Positions 46,512-59,536 of a DNA stretch of 64,000 bases are shown here, one piece after another; position 1 is the first letter of the stretch; every line of letters begins with the position of its first letter. The notes under the pieces were generated by a model that worked only from the letters and a program-made list of their open reading frames with translations, was not told the DNA's origin and did not search any database. The translations under genes and the position numbers were made by a program. The stretch covers positions 62,001 to 126,000 of the forward strand of contig OZ361259.1 of assembly GCA_977018835.1 (NCBI GenBank), written 5' to 3'. Source of the stretch: Minutocellus sp. GHC0000111. Lineage: Eukaryota.

Positions 46512-47448
46512 TTTGTTTCGTGGTGGTGATCCCTTCTTCAAGGCTGGTGCGAATGCTAATGCCTGGCGCTGGCACTGGTCGTGCGATGTGTGCCAGAAAT
46601 GAATTCGTCCCGATTTCGATTTCGGCGTAACTCTCGTTCCTTTTTGTCCACGCCGCTCGTCTCCAACGTCCAAGGGGGGGGTGTGAGGCAAGGGAACTTC
46701 CTCTCGTCTCTCCTTTGCTGCTTTGTTCTCTTGTCTTCTCTCCGCGTGCGTTCAGTGCCGATACCGCTCTCGGCCGGCTCCAAACATCAACGGCATTTTT
46801 GGCCGTTTGCTTTGACTGATGACTGTCTGTGGTTTTTCCATCGTGACGTCATTTTATTTTTGAAGGAAAAACGAAACCCGGAGGTTTCACCCATTCGATG
46901 ACCATGACGGCATGAAGACGCCGGCAAAACAACGACGACCGGCGCAGATAATAACTGCGCAACCTGAAGTTCTCGCTTGGCTTGTCTGGCTTGGCTTAGC
47001 AAGCAGGCGAATCGAATTCCCGCGAGGGGTGCTCAGATTTCGAGTACCGGGCAGGGCAATTCGAGCACAAGGTGTGCTTCCGTTTCCGCCTCTCGACGAA
47101 CACCCCTCTCGCTCGGCCGCTCGACGAATAATTTGTCGGGGGGGGGGCTTGCACAACCGAAGCCCTTCCACGGCCTTGACCTTGGAGTGCTGAATCAGCA
47201 AACGCCCTGATTCTGGCACGTCAAGTGGTCCTGCTTGCTAGTCTAGCTAGAGCTAGTAGAGAGCTAGCTTGGTTGCACTTCAAACAAAAAGATACACGCA
47301 GCCAGGCGCGGCGTCCGCCGGTTACTGTACCGCAGGCAAGATTTATTAATTAACCTGACCGATTGAATTGAATCATCTGCCTGCTGCCGCGAGAAGAACA
47401 CATTCCCTGGAAACCTTAAGCTCAGTTAAGAGTTGATCTCTCAAAAGG

Positions 47449-50400
47449 ATGCCCCCCTCCTCCTCGTCGTCAAAATCGAAATCGGCGGCCGACAACGACC
47501 AGCCGCACCAGCCGCCGGAGCCGAGCATGTCGCAATATCTGCACTCGACCCTCCGCGGTTTGGTCGAAATTCCAACACTGCCGCACAATGACAACGGCGG
47601 TGGCGATGGTGTGGCCACGGGTCCCACCGTGGAGGAGCGGATTGACATCTGCGATGCCTTTGGCCGGTACGCTGCCGGTGACTTTGCGTGCCGTGAAACG
47701 AATAACAGCAGCAGCAGCAGCAACAAAATCAGGGGGATGATGTCCCACGGCGCCGTCGATGCCTACCTCGACCTGCATCCCGGCGGTGGCGGTGGTAGCG
47801 CCGCCCATCACCATCCGGCCGGGGGCATCGTCCTGCCGCCCTTGGACTGGAACACGTCCTTCCGCAAGGGCTACAGCGTCCAGATGTGGGTCCGTCCTCA
47901 TCTGTGCCGTGCCACCGGTGCCGATGGGGAGTGCCGCTGTCACAACGATAACAATACCAGCAGTGATGGCCATGACAACAACAACAGCCTGCCGGATGGA
48001 CCGGCGTCGGCCGCGGCAGCGGCGGCCGCCGAGGCGCAGAGGCAGGCCGAGGCGGACCGGCCCCGGGTGCTGTATCGCCTCGCCACGTCGCCCGAGAACG
48101 AGAGCGGGGTGGGCGTCTGCGCCCTGCTGGGCAAGTGGACGGCCCACGAGCGTCCGGTGTCTGGTGGTGGTGACAACGCCGATGGTGGTGATGGTGGTGA
48201 TGGTATTGGCCAAGAGGAGGGCGGTGGCGAAGAAGGCGAGGGTGGGCAGGACAGGGACGACATTACCCACCTTCAGACCACGTTGACGGTCTACACGCTG
48301 CCCCATCACAAGTCCAACCCGGTTTTCTTCGTTCCGTCCTCCAGGAGTGGGGGTGGTTTCAAGAAGAGTGGTGCCGATGGTGGGTCTGGAGGTGCGGCTG
48401 GTTGGGACAGTCCGGGAAAGAGTCCGCGCAAGCGCGCCGATGGCAGGGGTGGTGGGGGTGGTTCGTTTGACGATGATGACGATGGATTTCACAACAGCTA
48501 CAGCGGCGGCGGCGGTGGGGATGGCAACGACAACCTGCACGAGGCCAACATGCAGCGCTTTGAGAAGCAACAACAGCTTCACCGGACGCAGGATGCCGCC
48601 TCGTTGGCCACCGCCACGCTCGTGCTGCCCTCCGACGAATGGTCGCTGGTTGGCATCAACCACGTCATGCCATACCTCAAGCGGCCGCAGATATCGATCT
48701 GCGTCAATGGTGATCAGGTGATGAAGGCCGAGCTGGGCTATCCCCAGCTGGATCCGGCCCATATGCCCCCCTCTGCCGCTGCATCAGCTGCAGCAGCCTC
48801 TTCGAGCGGTGGCAATGATTTGGCCACTCCTCGGGGCTCTGGTGGCGGCGGTGGTACCAGTGGTGGTGGGCAGGGCCGAGCCTCCCCGTCGCTTGGATTC
48901 CGCGCCGGAGGAGCTGGGGGGATGACGCAGGTACTCAAGCAGGCCGAGGAACTCCCGCCTGGTTGGATGGGCCACTGCACGGTGCTGGACAACACGTTCG
49001 GATTTGATGGCGTTCGGATCAAGGGTACCAAGGCAACATACGTGCCGTACCATATGCACGTGGCCAGTCTCTCTCTTTACTCCGAGCCCATTTCGTCTAC
49101 CGTTCAAGCCATCGTGGCAGAATTCGGACCCAATACTCCGCCGGGAATGGTTATGCCACCGGTACCTTGTGTGGTACAGAATCGCGATAGCGTGGTAACC
49201 GACGGGCACCATTCGGGACACTCCTCGGGCTCGAGTGGCCGCGGAGGAAGTGGCGGCGGCATTGCCGTCGGACGTGGTCACAAAAGCGGTAGGTCTATTG
49301 GTTTGGCCACCAGCATCGGTGTCCTCCCGCCGTCGGGACATGGCCGAGAATCGCTCCGAGTGAACATTGACGGCGGTGGCGAATTGCATTTGCAAAAGGC
49401 TGTTGGCAAATGCGTCTTGGGGTGGTCTTTTGCGAATGCCGTGTCGCTCGGTAATGACACAGTCCCTTCCTCCACACCTTCGTCGTCGAGTGGGTCCCTG
49501 TCTAGCAAGGCTGGTAGTCATGGAAGCGGTGCCGTTGATCCAGGTCGACTCATCTGCCCTCCATCTCGGTACAATTCATCGATTGGCAAGGCCGATGATG
49601 TGCTCAAGGGTGAGTATGATTCCGTCTTGGCAAAAGTTTACATCTGAAAACTACCTCGTTTCATTGCGTTTGTTTACTCACAATTGTCTGTTGCTCGATT
49701 TGTTTTGCGACAATCCCTTGCCTTCTCTATTTTGCAGTCGGCCTTGTTCAGCCGCGCCCACCGCCTTCGGCCGATGAGCGATCGCCACATGGCTTGCTGG
49801 GCGACAAGGGAGGAATCCTTGGTCTCGGCATTGTGTCTGCAAAGACAGGTCTCGATGTGGACTTCCCAGGCACCGGCGATAGAAGATACGATGGCGGCGG
49901 CGTGTTGAGAACACTTGGGACGAGCGCTCTGTGGAATACCATGCATTCTTTTGTTGACTCCGAACAGAAGAGAACTGCAGCTCAGTCCAACATGATCGTA
50001 CCCATTGCACCAACACTGCCGTCGCCAACCTCCTACCACATGATGTACACCTCCTGTGATCCAATGTCGTATTTCCTTCTCCCACTTCGCCTGGCGCTTC
50101 CACCTCCAGGTCACGTGCACAATCTACAAGGAAAGTTATACCGCGAATCCTTTTGGCATCTCCAGGCCCTTTTGGCGACTTCGAATGGTGTACAGGGGAC
50201 AGAGGGCGCATTGTTGGCAGCAATCATTCGCAACCTTGCCTCCTCGCTTCGTCTAGGAGGGCGCTGTCGCGACGATGTGCTGCAATCTGGAGCCATCTAC
50301 ACGCTATCTACTCTGGTGCGCCGCGTCCTTCTTCGAGGATACAAACTCGGACTTCTCGATGCTGACCATGAGAGGGCAGAGGAGAAGATTTCTCAGGCTG

Positions 50401-53400
50401 TTATGGAAGGTGATGGCAGCGCCGACGATGACGCCGGCGGCAATGCAAAGCTGCAAGAATACGACGATGCTCTTCATGGAATCGCCGACGACGAGTGCCG
50501 ACCACCCAAAATTCCGTCCTTGGTCGCCGATGCCTCGGTGGATTTGGTCGATGCCTGCTGTGGGCCGATCTGGCTTGACTGGCACGGCCAAGGGATCGCT
50601 TCCTCCGGTAAAAGTGGCTCCATTAAATCTCCGAGCAAGAGGGGCAGTGGCAGTAGCAGTTCTAGCATATCACCACGAAGGAAAATGGAAAAGCGATCTT
50701 CGGACCGTGATTTGGTACTGAAAAATGCCGTCTTTCCTGCCTCGTTACATGTCCGTCGATCCAGCGACATTTCACAGTCGGCTCTCTTTGGCCTTGCCCT
50801 CGATTTCGATTTATGGGGCTCGGATCCAAGTGCCGCAGCCAAGGTTCTCAAGGCAGTTGCTCTCCGATTCTGCTCCAATGGTCCCAGCGTCGATAGTGCT
50901 AGCACCATCGTCGAGGCCCCAACGGACGGCAAAGGAGGATACGGGTGGCTGCTTCGCAATCAGATGTCGGTGCAAACTTTTCTGGATGCCATCCGACTTG
51001 GATTTTCCGACTGTACTTTCCTCGACGAGCCCATGGTCTCCACAGCCAACTCACTCTCGGCGATACTGAAGTCGATGCTTCACCACTCCCTTTCTTCTCA
51101 CAGAAGTATCTCCCGGGGGGAGCACGACGTGGCAGCATGCGTACACGCTTTGACTGATGCTCCGTTTGGAAGCATTACAGCACATGTTGTCCTCACGAGT
51201 ATCGCCGACATGCTCGCAGACTGCGGAGCGATACGCGACTACAAAACCAGGGAGACAAAGGAGGGCAAAAAGCATCGGTTAGAGCTGACCTCTCGTCTTG
51301 GTCGCAACCTTCTCATGAGCTCCTTCCACGATGCTGTAGCGCCAATGCTACTCGGCCGTACAGTGTTCCGTGGTGGTGAAACGCCCGATAGGGAATCAGA
51401 GCCCCTTCCTGGAGATGGAGAGAGCGCGAATAATAACCTGAATTGGACCCATCACTGGCGACTTTGTCTCCTTATTTTTTCGTGGATCTCAAGCGTGGCT
51501 GGACCCGAAGGAGAAGTAGCGGCCAAAACCACAGGTGCCATACTTGACGCTTCAAGTAGTGCTGGTTCTCTTGCTTGTGCCCTTGTTGTTCGGCCCGATG
51601 ATGATGGGGAGGAGAAGCAAAGAGCCTTCATCGAATCACTCTGCTTCCCTCCGTTGCCGCCGGCGAGTCTTTCGAGCACTGGCAGTAGCAATGGCCACAA
51701 TGAATCCTCCGGCATGGATGATTATCTCAAGGATCTCTCCCATCTTCTTCGGTGTCTACTCTACCTGCTGCCAGGGCTCGTCCAATCTCTCACAGTCGGG
51801 GTTAGCCCCGGTCAGACTATTGATCCAACCTCTGCAACTGTCATTTCAACCCTTCTAACGAGCATCTCGGTGTCGTTCAAGCAGATTGGTCTCGAGTCCT
51901 CCAACGTGAGAGTGGACGAGAGACTTACGCCCAAGGCAGCACAGCTGGCGCTCAAAGCTGCCTCACAGGCCATCCCGCCCCTGATAAAGCTCTGTACTCT
52001 ATTGGAAACGCCAATCAACGAATTGCAGGGCAATACGTCTCTCCCCACTGAACCAAGGCTGCGCACCGACTCGGCTGATACAAATACTACCGGCGCAGGA
52101 GGGAGTGTTGTCCTCGTTTCTCATTCCGATGCTTCTTTGCAGCTGCCAGAGAAGCAAGACGGCGAAGATTCCCTCACCAAGCTTCGGTCCTGCCAGGAGG
52201 CGCTTCTGGACCAATCTGCCGGCTTACTCATCGATGCTATGTTGGCAGGAGCACCCGCCGCGACGAAAGTACTTTCATTAGTCATTGACGCAGCAAGATC
52301 CGGCGGCACTGACTCTGCTTACGAAGCCACTGAAGCTAACAATATTGCGGCGAAGTCAACCAATCTCTTGTGCCGCATTGCTAGCATTGTGCTCCTCAAG
52401 ATCGTCAAGGCAAACAAAGGCACAAGCTCACCCTGGTCAAATTCTGCACTTTGTGGGAGCGTTGCTCGCGTCATTGATCTCGTAGAAGAGAAAAATCTGC
52501 TGAAGGGGACAGCCCAAGAGATCCAAGCGGACCAAAAATTTACTCCGGATCAGATACGGTTGCTTTGTTCCCTAGTGCAGAGTGAGTTGATGCAATGAGT
52601 TGCTTTTGTTGTCCTTTCTTGCAAAGAAGTATATCGACTAATCTTCCGCTTCTGTCCCCCCCTCTTTTTCATATCTACTACTTATTTTAACTCGCTTTCA
52701 GTACTGAGCCAAGGACGCAGGTCATCGGGGTGGATGCAGATCAACATGTCCTCCGGCAAGGACAAGCCCAGGGATGACATCGGAGGCGACGATAAGCAGG
52801 AAGAGTCCTTGGCCGATCGCATCACTCGCTACATTGACGAATCGCTAATCCAAAACGAGTACCAACTGTACATGGAGGATTGGCATGACGACGACGATGG
52901 AGATGGCCCGGCTCAGGACAATGGGCTTGCCTCGATACTGTTGCTCCCCATTCTTCAACCATGCCTTCGTGCTACACTCGAAGCAGCGTCAATTGTGTCT
53001 GCTACTGATAGTATCTACACCAATCCATCGAGGAAGGGAAGTTTAGCAGCCGACAGCACAGACGAAACCAACTCCTCCGATAATCTATCACCAACCGGCC
53101 CAATGAAGCTATCTGTTCTCTCAGCCTTGATTCATGAAATTGATTCGACCTTGGACGCCGCAATTGCAGGGCTGGCATTCCCCTCTGCTCGTGATCAATT
53201 CTTAGCAGGTACGTCGTCGCTTCGAAAGGCCATTGCGACGCACAAGGATGTGGACGACAGCAAGTCCGCTGAATTATGCTTGGCAGTGCTCGTTTCTGCA
53301 GTGAAGAGTCTCCAGAAGAGATACAACGTGTCCAACGGCGAGGAAGGCGAGGAACCAAGCGACGCCGACGCATCCAGCGCCGCCGTTGAAAATCTCATGC

Positions 53401-56400
53401 TGGGGGACGCGCTTCTTGGAATGTCTCACGACAAATACCAAGGATTTGCTGGCGCAATATCCCGAGCTGCTACCAAGGAGGATGGCGACGACGTTCTTGA
53501 CATCCTTGCACCTTATCTCGACGAGTGGGACAAGGCCCTGGCCGCCGAGGAAGAAGAAAGCGAGCTGGTTGAGCAATTCAATACCTCCACTCTGGAGGAA
53601 GGGCAGCGAGCTGTTGTTGCCAACTCCGAAACATCCGCTGATGCCCTCGACACTTACGCATCGCTTTCAAACAATGAAAGCAGCCGACTCGCGGAGACCA
53701 AGCTGGTTATGACAAGCTCTCGAAGCAAAAGACTGGCCTTTAGCGATCGGAATGTCTTCCGGTCCTGGCTTGAGATCCTTACCGACCAAGGGCAATGGGA
53801 GCGATGCCAATCGGACGGCGGTAGGGATTATGGCAGTCGCATTGCAACGGTCCCAATCGCGCCTCAATTCAAGAGGTATGTTCCGCCTTGGCTCGATCAC
53901 ACCATCACCACAAACACCGAGGCGGATGGACGAGCTGTTGAGGCGAAGGAGGACGATGATCAGGACAAGGACTACGAATTCATCAGTGCATCTAAGGCCT
54001 TGGAAGGTGTGGCGATTCGCGATGTTACCAAGGAAGGAATGGCCGAGCCAAAGATAGGCGGGGATGAAGACGACGAATTGGATTCGGACCATCATGGTGA
54101 AGCGATCGTGCCAACATTTTCTCGTGACGAGCACCACCAGGACAGCAACGACGATCTATCGCATTCAAGCGCAGCGGGTGATGGCCTCGACGTCGGTTTC
54201 CCCTCCAAGGACGACCCTAAGGAAAGGGACGACGAGGACCAAGCAAGTGGCATAGAAACTGCCAGTACGATGGATAGTGCCACAATGGAATCCACCTCAG
54301 ACGTCGCCACTCTTGCCACTACTACTTCCGAGGTCGATAACGACAAGAAGCTCCACAAACATCACCATCGTCGAACTCAAGGTGCCTCAACAAGCAGCTT
54401 CAGCAACCCTCCCGACGGAAGTCAGGCGATATTGGGATCTGGTAAGTCTCGTCGCCCGTGTCACTAGCTAGAAATTGCAATTCAAGCTTTTCTTTCGTTG
54501 CCTTCTTTTCCTTACACAATCATTCTCACTTACTTATGACGGCCTGTCGTCTTCCTTGTGTATCAATCCTCGACAGTCATTTACAATGGAGAATCAGGCA
54601 TCAGCCAAGTTGTTGAGCACTTTTACCAAGGCTGCTTGCATGTGCAACAGGCTGGAAGTCGCAAGGCCACGCTTCTCATCACATCCAGTCACTTGATATT
54701 AGAATATGAAGAAGCCGGACTGTTTGAGGAAGAGGCCGGCCACTTGCAGGAATCGCGAAAGCGACATCTCGAGGAAGACGACCAAGGAACGTCCGCATCC
54801 TCTATCCCCTTCATGCAAAAGACCGATGGTTCAGCAGTTTCAGCAGTCGATACAACCACAGGTGAGGACGGAGAACACGGAATTGTCCACACGGAGAAAT
54901 CCAATCCACTCTACCACGCCGTCGAGAAGCACGATATCACTCAAGAAGATAAGGCAACCCAATTTGAGAAGATTGAGCGCCATTCCACGTCATCGGCACA
55001 AATGCGCCCCAAAACCATGCGATGGAACATATCTGAGCTATCGCACATTTACCTCCGACGGTATCGGTTGAGAGATTCAGCACTGGAAATGTTTTTAATC
55101 CCAACCGCTGGTGAATTATACGGCTCCGTCGGCCTGTACTCAAGCCTCACATCAATCTTCATTGACTTTGGACCGGGGTATGAGGGTAATCTGAAACGGG
55201 ATGATGCAGCCAACGCCATCATGCGCAGAGCTCCAGCCCAAACCATCAAGCAATGGCCAGAACGTTCTGGCCAGTTTTTGCATGAGCAACTGCGACAGGT
55301 AACACGGTCGTGGATCACTCGCCGACTGTCCAACTTTGAGTACATTTTGAGTCTCAACATTCTCGCTGGTAGGAGCTTCAACGACATATCTCAATATCCT
55401 GTCTTTCCCTGGGTGCTCGGGGGTTCCTCCTACTCAAAAGAAGAACTCCCCGACCTCGAGGACCCAGCATCCTACCGTGATCTGAGCAAGCCAATGGGCG
55501 CTCTCAACCCAACGCGACTCAAAGAATTCAAGGATCGATTCGAGTCCTTCCAAGATGCCGGGGTTGAAATTCCGTCCTTCATGTATGGCTCGCACTATTC
55601 CACCGCGGCCGGAGTCGTTTGCTACTTTTTGCTGCGTTTGCATCCCTTCTCGCAACTCCACCGACAACTCCAGTCGGGTCATTTTGATGTTGCCGATCGA
55701 TTGTTTGCGTCTGTCCCCCGCACTTGGGACATGAACACCGGACCAAGTGCCGCCGAAGTCAAAGAGCTAACGCCAGAATGGTATTGCAACCCTGCATTCC
55801 TCAAGAACACCAACAACTACAAACTTGGTAGCACCCAAGACGGCGAAGAAGTCGGCGACGTGACCCTTCCTCCTTGGGCCAAGGGATCACCCGAAAAGTT
55901 TGTCGAAGCGATGCGATTGGCGTTGGAATCAGACATTTGCAGTGAAGGCCTACCAGATTGGATCGATCTCATCTTTGGTCGGAAGCAACAGGGCCCGGAG
56001 GCGATCGAAGCCGATAACGTCTTCTTCTACCTAACTTATTATGGGTCCGTTGATCTGCAGGCCGTCGATGACGAAGGGCGGCAGAGTCTGGAAGATCAGA
56101 TTCTACATTTTGGAAGCTGCCCCATGCAGCTCTTTTGGCGCCCTCACGTCAAGCGTCTTCCACGATCATCCCTCCGAACTCGTGCCTTTGAGAACTATGT
56201 GATGAAAGAGTCACAGATCCTTGGAGAATCTATCATGAACGCAGAAGCTCTCCAGAACATGACAAATGCCGCCGCATTACCCGCCTCATCGAATGAGACC
56301 TTCCTGAGAGCACTTTCTACCCTCCGCTCCGCTCTCTATGCGCACGAGGGAAACAATGACACGCATGCCGCAGCCCAGTGTCGATCACTGATTATATCGC

Positions 56401-56438
56401 TCGTACAGAAGCGGGCGAGTCTTTTGCGTCGCTCATAA
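47449..56438 (+). CDS. BEACH-domain protein (LamG-like N-terminus, PH-BEACH); introns 49610-49737, 52582-52701, 54442-54576; no WD40 tail
   Basis: RRYRLRDSALEMF, LSNFEYILSLNILAGRSFNDISQYPVFPWV, RDLSKPMGAL, YGSHYS, VKELTPEWY, WIDLIFG. All three introns splice in frame. Confidence 0.9.
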
Positions 56439-56533
56439 ACGATTTGCATTCTGAACATACCATGGTACACACATTTTCTAATTTATTTTTAACTTGAGCC
56501 GCACACACTCTAGCTAGATTCTATGTAGCCTTT

Positions 56534-59119
56534 TCAATGCCTTTTTTCATTACCTTGGTCTTGCATGAGCCGGTCGATTGTGCGCACAATTTCTTTGGCG
56601 CTAGGTCGATCCGAGGGTTTGAAAGCAAAGCATTGCTCCATCAGCGAGAGCAATGCATCGACATACTTGTCATCATCGCGAAGCTTGAGAACAGATTCTG
56701 GGACTGTCGGCGTCTTTCCCTCTTCACTTTTCCACTTGGCAATGTCCCTCTGGTATTCTTCTGTCATGGATCCTTCTCCAAGGCGCCAAGCTCTCTGCCC
56801 AGTGAGGAATCTATAAAGAATATTCCCAAGTGCGTATATGTCGAGCTTTTCGCTCAGCATCTCATGGTCAATTGATCGAAACGATCGAATCTCTTCCGGT
56901 GACCGCCATTGTGGACTCCAATGCTCACTCGCAAATCCGCACGGCTTCTCCTTGTTATCACGAAGAAGCAATTGGGCGACGTTGAAGTCATGAATCAACG
57001 GGGTCTTTCCATCCGAATCCAGAAGAATATGCGCTGTGTTCAGATCATTGTGCACCAACGATGCATGGCGGTTATCACCCCCAATTCCATGCACGTGAGA
57101 CAAGCCTTTGGCTATCTTTCGCACAAGTCTCAGCTTACCTACGGAGTCGAGACTATCAGCCACCTGCGTCAATGTTTCGGTCGCAAATTGTGTGATCGAC
57201 GATGTCCCACACAAACCGTAAATATCAATAGCATATGGCGACGATGTCAGCCTCTCCATTGCAACCGCGTCGATACGATTTAGTTCGTAGTAGAAGTCCT
57301 CGAATCTATGCTCATAGCTCCAAGTCTTGTAAACAACAGGTTTATCAGCATTTTCCTCGAGGAGGTCGTCTGTGGATCGCAACGACCAGGCGCCTCGCCA
57401 GTGACCTGCACCAAGAAACGATAGCGCATTATGTTGCATGGCATCGCCAGCATCAATGTCATGGAAGGAATTACACGTTGGATGAAATGTCGATTGCCAA
57501 TCCGCCATAGGATGACACCCAACCCCCACATCTCGTTCTGATCCAAGGAAGTAGTCGCCCTTTTGTGGGGGGAACGAACGGACGAGCATAGTTTCATTGA
57601 ATGGCGGATCGGCCGAATCGATCTGAGGGTAAAGCTGCGTTTCATCCGTTTGCTTGGCAGGATAAATCTTCACCTTTCTCCCCACTTTGTTCCAGGGCAC
57701 AAACGAAGATGATGCACTAGTACTATTGCGTTGTTTCTTTCCCAGTCGTTCGACGGAATCACCGAACAAATGAGCCAATGAGGGCCCGTCCCCCTTACGT
57801 CCCTTTTTTGATTTTACCTCGGAGCTTGAACCAATAAATAGCAAACGTGGGATATTGAATTCAATTTGTTGATATTCTTTCCTCGCTCGTTTTTGTCGTG
57901 ATCGGTTCTGACGGGCAAGCGTTGTATTCGATACTGGGCTTGTACCGGTATTGAAGCGAACGACTTCATGGGTATCATCACTCACATTTTCATCACTGCT
58001 TGTGGCATCATTGGTACCTCCAAGGCCACTCGTAATGCCGGCAATCACATCCCCGATGCCCCCGGCACCACCGCCACCGCCGTTTGCCGCCCCCAACAAA
58101 TCGTTGACCGCACCCGTAACCGCCGCGGCGACGGCCTCCACGGCGGCGCTGGTAGTAGTGCTGCTGCTCCCCGCCGCCGTCTCTGTGCTGCCCACCTGAA
58201 TGGCATAGAGATACTGCGCCCCGATCAGTCCCACGACTGCCACGCAGGCCGCAGCGCGCCGTCGCGTTCGCTTCCGAGAACACAGAGGAGTGCTTGCATT
58301 ATGGTGGTGGCCATCGGCATTCCCATGCGCATGGTGACCATTGTCAGCATGTCGATGATGTCCTCCTCTTGTGCCGTTTTCGCCCTTGGATCTGCCGCCA
58401 TTATTATTGTTATCATACAAGGGCATCAGACCACCGTGCAGACCCCCACCGCCATTGGCTCCATAGTACAAGGGCATGGTATTGTCGGCATGTCCCAGAC
58501 TGGGCACCACCAGATACGGATCGAATTCGGAACAAGACGCACCGGATACTGTCGAATCACCGTCGGCGGGTGACGATGGCGATCGGCGGTACGGAGGGAC
58601 GCCAACCCCGCCAGCTGCAGCGCCAACCCCACCTCGCCGACGGGGCGTGGCCATTGACGATCCTGCGCTGCTGGGGCTGCCGGCGCTCCCATAGCTGCGG
58701 CTGTACTGCACCGGATGACGACTGGCTCGATACGACGGAGGTGATCGCGAGGCAGCTGAGCTCCGCGCAGACGACGGCGTGCCGCCCCCGAGACTGCCGA
58801 TGGAATGCACCCCTCGCTGCCGTGGCGTTCCTCCCGACCCGCTGCTACTCACAATTCCAATGTTTGCAGCGCCTCGACCATGCTGTCGATGGTGATTCGA
58901 ATGCTGCTGCTGAGGAGTCCGAAAGATTCCCGCCGCGCTGCTGGAATCTCGATCGCGCGAACCCTCCCGAGCCCGCGACGTGAGAGGCGTCAGCGGTGGT
59001 CTGGCAGTAGCGAGATCTCCGCCCGATGATGCGTAAAGTTCAGCCCCACCGCCGTCACCGGTGGGAGATGTCGTCACACCGGTCGGAACCGGTGGGTTGG
59101 GTGCTCGACGGCTGGCCAT
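56534..59119 (-). CDS. Membrane-anchored protein kinase-like protein (secretory-pathway, PKDCC/VLK-like)
   Basis: Low-complexity N-terminus, single TM, C-P..WQ..HPTCNSFH, LGAGHWR, DAVAMERLT, HNDL, DFN, WRSPEE, DIYALG. Confidence 0.75.
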   Translation of the reverse strand: MASRRAPNPPVPTGVTTSPTGDGGGAELYASSGGDLATARPPLTPLTSRAREGSRDRDSSSAAGIFRTPQQQHSNHHRQHGRGAANIGIVSSSGSGGTPRQRGVHSIGSLGGGTPSSARSSAASRSPPSYRASRHPVQYSRSYGSAGSPSSAGSSMATPRRRGGVGAAAGGVGVPPYRRSPSSPADGDSTVSGASCSEFDPYLVVPSLGHADNTMPLYYGANGGGGLHGGLMPLYDNNNNGGRSKGENGTRGGHHRHADNGHHAHGNADGHHHNASTPLCSRKRTRRRAAACVAVVGLIGAQYLYAIQVGSTETAAGSSSTTTSAAVEAVAAAVTGAVNDLLGAANGGGGGAGGIGDVIAGITSGLGGTNDATSSDENVSDDTHEVVRFNTGTSPVSNTTLARQNRSRQKRARKEYQQIEFNIPRLLFIGSSSEVKSKKGRKGDGPSLAHLFGDSVERLGKKQRNSTSASSSFVPWNKVGRKVKIYPAKQTDETQLYPQIDSADPPFNETMLVRSFPPQKGDYFLGSERDVGVGCHPMADWQSTFHPTCNSFHDIDAGDAMQHNALSFLGAGHWRGAWSLRSTDDLLEENADKPVVYKTWSYEHRFEDFYYELNRIDAVAMERLTSSPYAIDIYGLCGTSSITQFATETLTQVADSLDSVGKLRLVRKIAKGLSHVHGIGGDNRHASLVHNDLNTAHILLDSDGKTPLIHDFNVAQLLLRDNKEKPCGFASEHWSPQWRSPEEIRSFRSIDHEMLSEKLDIYALGNILYRFLTGQRAWRLGEGSMTEEYQRDIAKWKSEEGKTPTVPESVLKLRDDDKYVDALLSLMEQCFAFKPSDRPSAKEIVRTIDRLMQDQGNEKRH

Positions 59120-59536
59120 CGTTGAAAGAGCAAAGTCAGCACTTATTGAATTGCACCGGCTGGCTTGGAATGAATCTTCGCGGCGCCGCTTGTCGAGAGA
59201 TCTCTCTCCGCGCCGCTACAAGCCTGCAAAAAGGCCGGCCGCACTAAGATACATATGCATGTGTGTGGGAAGGCAGACCAATGTCAGGCTATCGCTGGTG
59301 GCTGGCCGGAGCGACGCTACGGGGCCGGCCACTGCTTGCAGGTATCAGAGCAAGCAAACGTGGTTACCAATATCCCGACCCATTTCGGAGTCAAAAGACC
59401 TTCTGAACATAAGTAACAGTGAAGTCAACCCGGCCCTGGAGGGAACTATCGGTCGTCCACCGAGCTTCTGGGGCACTTTCCCATCTACCGAACCCTGCAC
59501 TAACTTATCGGACGCAGCAGCAGCATTTATTCCACG

